This document shows, one piece after another, positions 57,523 to 64,000 of a stretch of 64,000 nucleotides of DNA (the first letter of the stretch is position 1; the number at the start of each line of letters is the position of its first letter). The DNA lies in the IMG/VR virus record IMGVR_UViG_3300027759_004177, positions 248,001 through 312,000 of that record; one strand, written 5' to 3'. Made by a program: the position numbers and the translations under genes. The notes beneath the pieces are model-generated. The model was not told the origin of the DNA and did not search any database. It saw only the letters and a list, made by a program, of their open reading frames with translations.

Positions 57523-59493
57523 ATGCCATATCAAATTAACAAAACAGACGGAACGGTATTAACAACAATTGCCGATGGAACTAGAGATACTACTACTAGT
57601 TTGAGTCTAGCTGGCCCAAATTTTGTTGGATATGGAGAATACTTGAATGAAAATCTAGTAGGTTTACTAGAAAATTTTGCCAGTAACACAGCCCCAAGTT
57701 CGGTCAATTTGCAGGGACAGTTATGGTACGATAAGAATGCACAGATTCTAAAAGTTTTCACACCACAAGGTTATGTGGCAGTTTCGGGAGTTACAAACTC
57801 AGGTAGCCAACCAGCCCTGGGCAAAAACGGTGATATCTGGTTTAACACATCCACTGAGCAAATGTACGTGTACGACAACAGTGGAACAACACCAGGATTT
57901 AAAATTGTAGGTCCTGCATATACCAAACAGCAAGGTGTCAGCGGAGCAGTCCCCGTTACTGTAGAAGATGGTTCAATCAGTGGCACATATCATAATATTT
58001 TAAAACTACAGTATGGCAACGTAACCTATGCCACTGTCAGTGCAGATTCTGCATTCTTACCAACACCGGCTATTCCAGGTTTTAGTTTTGTCAATCCTGG
58101 AATCACATTCAGTAGCAATGTAAATAATCCCACTGTCAATGCCAATGTTATAACCGGTGGCGCCAGTGGTTTGGTCATGGTAGATATCGTCAATCGTCAA
58201 TTGCAAGGAACCTTACACGGCAACGTGGTAGCCACAACATTGAGTGGTACATTAACTGGCAATGTCATTGGTAATTTAACTGGTAATGTAGTGGCCACAA
58301 CGCTACGCGGTAACCTAACTGGTAATGTTTCTGCAACAGTTACATATTCCGCAAACTTCAGTAGCGGCAATGCTGTAATCACTGGCGGATATGCACAAAA
58401 TTTAACTAATGTGTCAGCCGCAATTGGTACCATAACAACATTATCTAGTACTACCGGTCAAGCAACCAACTTTAGCTCAAGCAATGTTTTAGTCACCGGT
58501 GGTGCAGTTACAGGACTACTTAACTTTTCAACCTTGGTTGGACAAAGTACAAACTTTAGCAGTGGTAACATACGTGTGACTGGTGGTAGTGCTACAGGAT
58601 TGCTTAATTTTTCAACTTCCTATGGTCAAAGCACAAACTTTAGCTCAAGCAACATTTTGGTCACCGGCGGTAGTGCTACAGGATTGACTAATTTCTCAGC
58701 CACAACAGGACAAGCAACTAATTTTAGTTCGGATAATATTTCGGTTACCGGTGGAAGCGCCACAGGACTAACCGCATACAGTGGCACAACTGGTCAAGCA
58801 ACCAACTTTAGCTCAAGTAATATTTTGGTTAGTGGTGGCAATGTGTCGGGTGTCGCTGGCGTCAATAACACATTTACGTTGGCTAACTTGGTTACTTCAG
58901 TGGCTACAACAAAAACTGCCAATGATAACACTACAGCAGTAGCCACAACAGCATTTGTACACGCAGTTTTACCCACTGGTATAATTGTGATGTGGAACAG
59001 CACAGCAGCCAGCATACCTGCAGGATGGCAGTTATGTAACGGTAGTAATGGAACTCCAGACCTGCGTGGACAATTTGTTGTGGGCGCCGGTGGCTCGTAC
59101 ACACCAGGCGACACAGGCGGCGCATCTTCAGTAACTTTAAGTGCCAATGCCATGCCAATACATACACACGAATTAACAGGATCGCTAACAACTGGATCAG
59201 CTGGTGGCCATACACATACAGTGAATGATCCTGGACATGCACACACTATAGACGGTCTTAATATTACAAGTGGTGCAGGTGCTCAGTCGGGTTCAGGTTT
59301 TAACACAAGTGCAGCTACATTTAATACATCATCGGCCAGCACAAGCATTCAGATTAATGCTGCATTAGATCACACACATTCATTAACTTTGAGTGGAAAT
59401 ACTCAAAGCACAGGCGGTACCGGCGGAACTACGCAACCGCACGAAAATCGTCCTCCGTACTACGCCCTATGTTACATCCAGAAAATGTACTAA
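57523..59493 (+). CDS. Tail fibre protein with tail-collar domain (paralogue 2)
   Basis: Shared N-terminus; PTGIIVMW.....IPAGWQLCNG.NGTPDLRGQFVVGAG collar; HTH/HAH motifs; ENRPPYYALCYI. Confidence 0.85.
   Translation: MPYQINKTDGTVLTTIADGTRDTTTSLSLAGPNFVGYGEYLNENLVGLLENFASNTAPSSVNLQGQLWYDKNAQILKVFTPQGYVAVSGVTNSGSQPALGKNGDIWFNTSTEQMYVYDNSGTTPGFKIVGPAYTKQQGVSGAVPVTVEDGSISGTYHNILKLQYGNVTYATVSADSAFLPTPAIPGFSFVNPGITFSSNVNNPTVNANVITGGASGLVMVDIVNRQLQGTLHGNVVATTLSGTLTGNVIGNLTGNVVATTLRGNLTGNVSATVTYSANFSSGNAVITGGYAQNLTNVSAAIGTITTLSSTTGQATNFSSSNVLVTGGAVTGLLNFSTLVGQSTNFSSGNIRVTGGSATGLLNFSTSYGQSTNFSSSNILVTGGSATGLTNFSATTGQATNFSSDNISVTGGSATGLTAYSGTTGQATNFSSSNILVSGGNVSGVAGVNNTFTLANLVTSVATTKTANDNTTAVATTAFVHAVLPTGIIVMWNSTAASIPAGWQLCNGSNGTPDLRGQFVVGAGGSYTPGDTGGASSVTLSANAMPIHTHELTGSLTTGSAGGHTHTVNDPGHAHTIDGLNITSGAGAQSGSGFNTSAATFNTSSASTSIQINAALDHTHSLTLSGNTQSTGGTGGTTQPHENRPPYYALCYIQKMY
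58456..58840 (+). repeat. 84-bp (28-aa) tandem coding repeat, about 4.6 copies
   Basis: GQ(A/S)TNFSSxNIxVTGGSATGL units start at 58456, 58540, 58624, 58708, 58792. Confidence 0.85.
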
Positions 59494-59521
59494 ATACTAA
59501 GATAATCAAAGCGAAAAAAAC

Positions 59522-61516
59522 ATGGCATACACAATTAATTTAACCAATGGTACAGAAATAGTCGCAGGCGGTCTTTCCGACGGCTCTGTAGATACCAGTG
59601 CCACCAGTTTAACTCTAATTGGTAAAAACTATGCTGGCTACGGCGAAATTCTAAACGAAAATCTAGTGCACCTACTGGAAAATTTTGCCAGTCCAAATTC
59701 GGGTGCCACTTCAGGCCCACCCAATCCTTTAGCCGGACAGCTTTGGTGGGACACAACCAATAACATTTTACGTGTGTATTCGGGCACAAGCTGGAAAATT
59801 TCAACTGGTGCTACCAGTGCTCCATTTTCAAGCCCTCCGGGAGATTTAAGTGCTCTAGGCGGGGACTTATGGTTTGATAGTACCAATCAACAGTTAAAAA
59901 TATACTCTGGAGCCAATTGGGTAACAGTAGGTCCTGCTGCAACACCGGTCACAGGTGACACAGGTGCTTTCCCGAGTGTAATGACAGATACACTGGGCGG
60001 TAGCCATATTGTTACACAGATTAGAATTGCTGGTGTTCCTTATATGATCGTCAGCAAAGACACTTTTCCCAGTGCCCTAGCAGGATTCAGCACAGTTAGA
60101 GCTGGTATTAATTTTAGTACTATTGCCAGTCCAGTTATGGGCATCAACACACAAGATATCAATGCCACGGCCAGCACCTTGGTCCAACGCGACTCATCTG
60201 CAGGCATCACTGGTGCTGGAATTACAGGTACAATATTGACTGGTACCAACTACATTACTTCGCCAACTGTTATTGCGACAACCTCATTCAATGGAAATAT
60301 TGCCGGCAATGTTACCGCAGACCTAGTAGAAGCAAGCACTATTCGTGCGTCTGGTATCAGTGCTACGGGAGGATACACAGGCACACTATTGACTGCCAGC
60401 CAACCAAACGTGACCGGACTTGGCACTCTTACTGCACTCAATGTTAATGGCAACGTGGCCATAACTGCTGCAAGTGCCATACTCAACGGCAGTCCAATTG
60501 CTAGAATTGGCGATCCTGCCAACTTTAGTTCTATCAACAGCACACCAATTGGCAATGCTGTGCCCAGTACCGGAGCATTTACCACACTAACAGCATCGGC
60601 CCTGACCACAACAGCGGCATTGACATCCAATGGTACTATTATTGCCAGTACTGTACAGGCTGGAACCATTGGTAATTCAGGCGCAGTACTGTTTGGCACA
60701 TTGAACTCATCAAGTGCAAGCCAGCCTAACCTTACCACAGCATCAGCTTTGGTCAGCGTGGGCAACGTTACTACTGGTACATGGAGTGCTACCACAGTAC
60801 AACCACAATATGGTGGTACAGGCGTCAACAATGGCACAAGAACAATTACCCTGGGCGGTAGCCTAACAACCACAGCCGCTTGGACACTTAATCAAAACGT
60901 TGAAATTAATTCTAGCCCAACCTTGCGTGGCACAAACTTTAACAGCATTCCAAATGGTGCTTTGATCAACAGCGGTATTGTTATCAACGGAATCAGTGTA
61001 GCTCTAGGCGGTACCTATAGTCAAACTTTAGTATCGAGTGTTACAGGAACAGCCAATCAAGTTATTACCAGTGCGGCATCAGGAAACATTACTCTAAGCA
61101 CACCACAAGATATTGGAACAGCGAGTAGCGTACGATTTGGTAGTTTGGGCATTGGTACAGCAGCTTCAGGAACCACCGGTGAAATACGTGCCACCAATAA
61201 CGTAGTTGCTTATTACTCAGACGATAGACTAAAAACTCGTTTGGGTCGAATTGAAAACGCCCTGGACAAGATATGTAGTTTGGAAGGTTTCTACTATGAA
61301 GCCAATCAAACTGCACAAGATTTGGGTTACGCTGTTCAACGTGAAATGGGTATCAGTGCCCAAAGCACACAATTGGTAGCACCCGAAATTGTTAAACCGG
61401 CTCCGATCGACGACCGGTATTTGACCGTACAATACGAGCGTCTTGCTCCGTTGATCATTGAAGCCATCAAAGAGTTACGTGTTGAAATTGATGCTTTGAA
61501 AGCAAAAATTAAATAA
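59522..61516 (+). CDS. Tail fibre protein with C-terminal Peptidase S74 chaperone (paralogue 3)
   Basis: Shared N-terminus; AYYSDDRLK...IENALDKI..L.G...G.SAQ....PE.V......YL.V.YE.L..L.IEAIKEL. Confidence 0.85.
   Translation: MAYTINLTNGTEIVAGGLSDGSVDTSATSLTLIGKNYAGYGEILNENLVHLLENFASPNSGATSGPPNPLAGQLWWDTTNNILRVYSGTSWKISTGATSAPFSSPPGDLSALGGDLWFDSTNQQLKIYSGANWVTVGPAATPVTGDTGAFPSVMTDTLGGSHIVTQIRIAGVPYMIVSKDTFPSALAGFSTVRAGINFSTIASPVMGINTQDINATASTLVQRDSSAGITGAGITGTILTGTNYITSPTVIATTSFNGNIAGNVTADLVEASTIRASGISATGGYTGTLLTASQPNVTGLGTLTALNVNGNVAITAASAILNGSPIARIGDPANFSSINSTPIGNAVPSTGAFTTLTASALTTTAALTSNGTIIASTVQAGTIGNSGAVLFGTLNSSSASQPNLTTASALVSVGNVTTGTWSATTVQPQYGGTGVNNGTRTITLGGSLTTTAAWTLNQNVEINSSPTLRGTNFNSIPNGALINSGIVINGISVALGGTYSQTLVSSVTGTANQVITSAASGNITLSTPQDIGTASSVRFGSLGIGTAASGTTGEIRATNNVVAYYSDDRLKTRLGRIENALDKICSLEGFYYEANQTAQDLGYAVQREMGISAQSTQLVAPEIVKPAPIDDRYLTVQYERLAPLIIEAIKELRVEIDALKAKIK
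60531..60582 (+). repeat. Copy 2 of the 52-bp dispersed inverted repeat
   Basis: ctatcaacagcacaccaattggcaatgctgtgcccagtaccggagcatttac. Confidence 0.85.
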
Positions 61517-61557
61517 AACACTACAAAAAGATAAGTAATATAAACAGGAAATAAACT

Positions 61558-62553
61558 ATGAGTTATGCACAAGGTGATATAATTGATGCCTCAGACTATA
61601 ATAATCTGATAGGAACGGACCCTAGCAGTACCACCAATCGTATCAACACCATATGGGCCACGGGTTCAGGAAGTGCCGGATATGGACAAACCGCTATAAG
61701 CCAGGTCAGCACTGGCGGTGTGGTCACAGCCACACAATGGGCCAGTTTAATTAACACCTTAAACAGTATCAGAACACACCAAACGGGCTCTGGGTCAGGT
61801 ATTACCGCAGTTGTATCTGGTAACAAAATTGATTTTTTAAGTAACCTAACCACAGTGATTGCTGCTGGATACACTTCAAGATTGGCATTTGCCTCAAACT
61901 CTGCTGTAACTGCAGCCGTGGGCGGTACCCTAAGCACAGCATGGACAGTAACAGTTACCCCTCCCGGCTCAAATCCCCCCGCTGGCGGATCCAGCATAAC
62001 CAGTGTGACTAGAGGATTTGGCACTAGATGTACTTTTGCCAGCGCCGATCAAGCACGTTACTTCTTCAATGCTGGTGGCCGTTTAAAATTAAATCTCAGT
62101 GCTACACAAAACTCTAGTACTACTGCTCGTACCAATGAAATTATTAGTTTGGTGGGTTTTGCTGGTGGCGTAGCCACATTTGGTGCCAACACCAATGGCG
62201 GTCGTACTGGCGCAGGTGCCACATTGGTCACCAATGATACCACCGACGGCTACTGGACCAGCACATTCAATTCCAATAACACCATTATTGATATTACCAG
62301 CACCACAACCAACTACACATCAGACAAAATTTATGTTTATGTAAATCCCAATGGTAACCAAGGCAGCTACAACGGCAACGGCGCCAATGTAGATTTTTGG
62401 ACTGTTATCCAAACCTTCTCTGGTGGCGACAACGGTACCTACAGTTTTGATGACTCATTTGGTGTCAACGTGATTCGAACCGTTGATATTAGCTGGCCAG
62501 AAACCACAAACCTAAGTAATACCTGGGGTGCGGTAACAGTTACTTCAATTTAA
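61558..62553 (+). CDS. Virion structural protein
   Basis: 331 aa; MSY..G..I.A.DYN, GYGQ, F.S.DQARYFFNAGG motifs; T/S/G/N-rich. Confidence 0.65.
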   Translation: MSYAQGDIIDASDYNNLIGTDPSSTTNRINTIWATGSGSAGYGQTAISQVSTGGVVTATQWASLINTLNSIRTHQTGSGSGITAVVSGNKIDFLSNLTTVIAAGYTSRLAFASNSAVTAAVGGTLSTAWTVTVTPPGSNPPAGGSSITSVTRGFGTRCTFASADQARYFFNAGGRLKLNLSATQNSSTTARTNEIISLVGFAGGVATFGANTNGGRTGAGATLVTNDTTDGYWTSTFNSNNTIIDITSTTTNYTSDKIYVYVNPNGNQGSYNGNGANVDFWTVIQTFSGGDNGTYSFDDSFGVNVIRTVDISWPETTNLSNTWGAVTVTSI

Positions 62554-62561
62554 TTTTCCTA

Positions 62562-62618
62562 GTCAACCCAGTTGACAAACCGGCATAGTTAGTGTAAACT
62601 ATACTATGCCTTTATTCT
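62562..62618 (+). promoter_or_regulatory. Sigma70 promoter overlapping a terminator-like hairpin
   Basis: TTGACA (62572-62577)-17 nt-TAAACT (62595-62600); stem GGCATAGT/ACTATGCC then TTTATT. Confidence 0.6.
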
Positions 62619-62631
62619 ATCCATTTTAACT

Positions 62632-62946
62632 ATGTCAGATATCAATCAACTTGTCGAGCAAGTGCGTCTTGCCACAGATTATCAAATCAACAAACAAATC
62701 TTACGTGAAAAGATCCTAACAGATCTGCATGTTGCCCATAACGGCGGGCTATTTTTTGTTACCACAGAGTTGATCGGCTTTTTAACCACATGGCCAGATG
62801 ATACAGTATACCTTGAAGATACTTATCACAATCCCATTGAAGTTGACCGAATTGAATTGTTGACTTTGTGTAGAGAACACTATCAAAAAGTAATGAACCG
62901 CTGGCATCAAGAACATGCAAAACTCAAACAGATCAGAAAAATCTAG
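62632..62946 (+). CDS. Hypothetical protein
   Basis: 104 aa; HNGG.F....ELI.F ...L.D....PI motif; coupled to the downstream GT gene. Confidence 0.65.
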   Translation: MSDINQLVEQVRLATDYQINKQILREKILTDLHVAHNGGLFFVTTELIGFLTTWPDDTVYLEDTYHNPIEVDRIELLTLCREHYQKVMNRWHQEHAKLKQIRKI

Positions 62947-63700
62947 AGGTATTGTTGCGTTTGCTATCAACACAGCAACCACAGACTATGCCAGCATAGC
63001 CCAGCAAACTGTTGCCTTGGCTGCTCGGGTATTAGATTTACCTTATACCATTGTCACCGAAGATCATATGGCCCGTATGAATTGGCACAACTATAGACAT
63101 GATGTAGATCTTGGCCACGAAGTTGAATGGAAAAATTTTGGTCGCAATCTCTGCTATGAGTTGAGTCCATATGATGAAACCCTGGTCATTGATGTAGACT
63201 ATGTGGTACAAGATGCTGGACTATTAAAAATATTTGATTTGCCGTGGGACTACTTGTTACAACGATCAGCTAGAAGTTTAAATGATGAGTATGTGCCTGA
63301 GGTTATGGGTGCTCACAGTTTGCCTTATGTGTGGGCCACGGTGTTTGCATTTAGAAAAACTAGCCGTGCCAAAACATTTTTTGATTTGGTGCAGAGAATT
63401 GAAGCCAACTATCACTATTATAGAGAATTGTTTAATGCGGAAAGTAGGAGTTATAGAAACGATTATGCATTTGCCATGGCCGATGTAATACTAAATGGAT
63501 TTGCTGTTTCCGATGTCAGTATACCAGGACCCATGCTCAACATACTACAACCCGTTGAATCAATGACCGTGCAAGGCAATCGAATAGTTATTAAAGACCG
63601 ACAAACTGCTTATGTGGTGCCAAGGATGAACATGCATGTGATGGGCAAAGCATATCTACAAAGCGAAAACTTCAAAGAATTTATAAATGCCGCAACATAA
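62915..63700 (+). CDS. Putative GT-A fold glycosyltransferase
   Basis: RGIVAFA.N....DY, LSPYDETLVIDVDY (DxD), WATVFAF.K, RND.AF. Confidence 0.7.
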   Translation: MQNSNRSEKSRGIVAFAINTATTDYASIAQQTVALAARVLDLPYTIVTEDHMARMNWHNYRHDVDLGHEVEWKNFGRNLCYELSPYDETLVIDVDYVVQDAGLLKIFDLPWDYLLQRSARSLNDEYVPEVMGAHSLPYVWATVFAFRKTSRAKTFFDLVQRIEANYHYYRELFNAESRSYRNDYAFAMADVILNGFAVSDVSIPGPMLNILQPVESMTVQGNRIVIKDRQTAYVVPRMNMHVMGKAYLQSENFKEFINAAT

Positions 63701-64000
63701 AGAACAACAAGGATTTGTAACCTTTGCACAAAATACACAGGATACAGACTATCTTGACTTGGCCTATGTACAAGCATTAAATATTAAAGCAACACAAAAG
63801 AATAATCGGTACGCAGTCATTGTTGATGCTGCTACCCGGGAGAAAGTAAATGAACGCCATCATCGTGTTTTTGATTATATCATTGATTTGCCCGTGGATC
63901 ATAATGAGCCTACCAGTGCTAGGAAGTTTGCTAACGAATGGCAAGTGTTTCGTCTCACGCCATTTAAAGAAACTATCAAGTTAGAATCGGACTTGTTGTT
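63687..64000 (+). CDS. Second GT-A-like glycosyltransferase paralogue (truncated by window end)
   Basis: Manual translation MPQHKEQQGFVTFAQNTQDTDYLDLAYVQALNIK...NEWQVFRLTPFKETIKLESDLL, paralogous to the upstream gene. Confidence 0.7.
   Translation, partial: MPQHKEQQGFVTFAQNTQDTDYLDLAYVQALNIKATQKNNRYAVIVDAATREKVNERHHRVFDYIIDLPVDHNEPTSARKFANEWQVFRLTPFKETIKLESDLL

Noticed and set aside
54554-61516. Diversity-generating retroelement acting on fibre tips
   Set aside because: No reverse transcriptase or ~100-bp template/variable repeat pair at a gene 3' end in the window
8-62243. Many 60-260 aa ORFs antisense or out of frame to long genes (e.g. 6761-7363, 10769-11548, 56831-57442, 60250-60873)
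   Set aside because: Shadow ORFs from the Thr/Gly/Asn codon bias of the real genes; no SD, promoter or motifs
1-64000. CRISPR array, tRNA genes, transposase, integrase, intein
   Set aside because: No repeat-spacer periodicity, cloverleaf or catalytic motifs seen; portal, gp46 and gp47 have normal lengths
1-64000. Stop-codon reassignment as in some jumbo phages
   Set aside because: Core genes are intact in the standard code, and TAA, TAG and TGA all end genes at sensible positions

Overview
This window is part of a large T4-like (myovirus) phage genome in the standard genetic code; the gene organisation resembles RaK2/GAP32-type jumbo phages (inference). Minus strand, 1-24.5 kb: ten Thr/Gly/Asn-rich fibre/virion genes, an SGNH-glycosyltransferase-SGNH cassette, the head module (gp23 capsid, gp22 scaffold, gp21 protease, acidic core protein, gp20 portal) and a tape-measure-like gene. 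24.6-25.7 kb (+): a gp26/gp51-like chaperone pair apparently joined by a -1 frameshift. 25.7-32 kb (-): a ~470-nt highly structured non-coding element directly behind a short GIY-YIG nuclease gene, then gp46, a radical SAM cassette, gp47 and the gp55 late sigma factor. 32-64 kb (+): baseplate genes, a 4190-aa structural protein, tail-fibre paralogues and two GT-A-like glycosyltransferases. T4-like late promoters (core TAAATA), sigma70 promoters and terminators are visible. Best leads: (1) a candidate double-pseudoknot ncRNA coupled to the GIY-YIG protein; (2) a possible virion glycosylation system (patchy [A/G/S]N motif enrichment plus glycan-modifying enzymes); (3) the gp26-gp51 frameshift. 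All calls come from motif recognition by eye; no database search or folding program was run.
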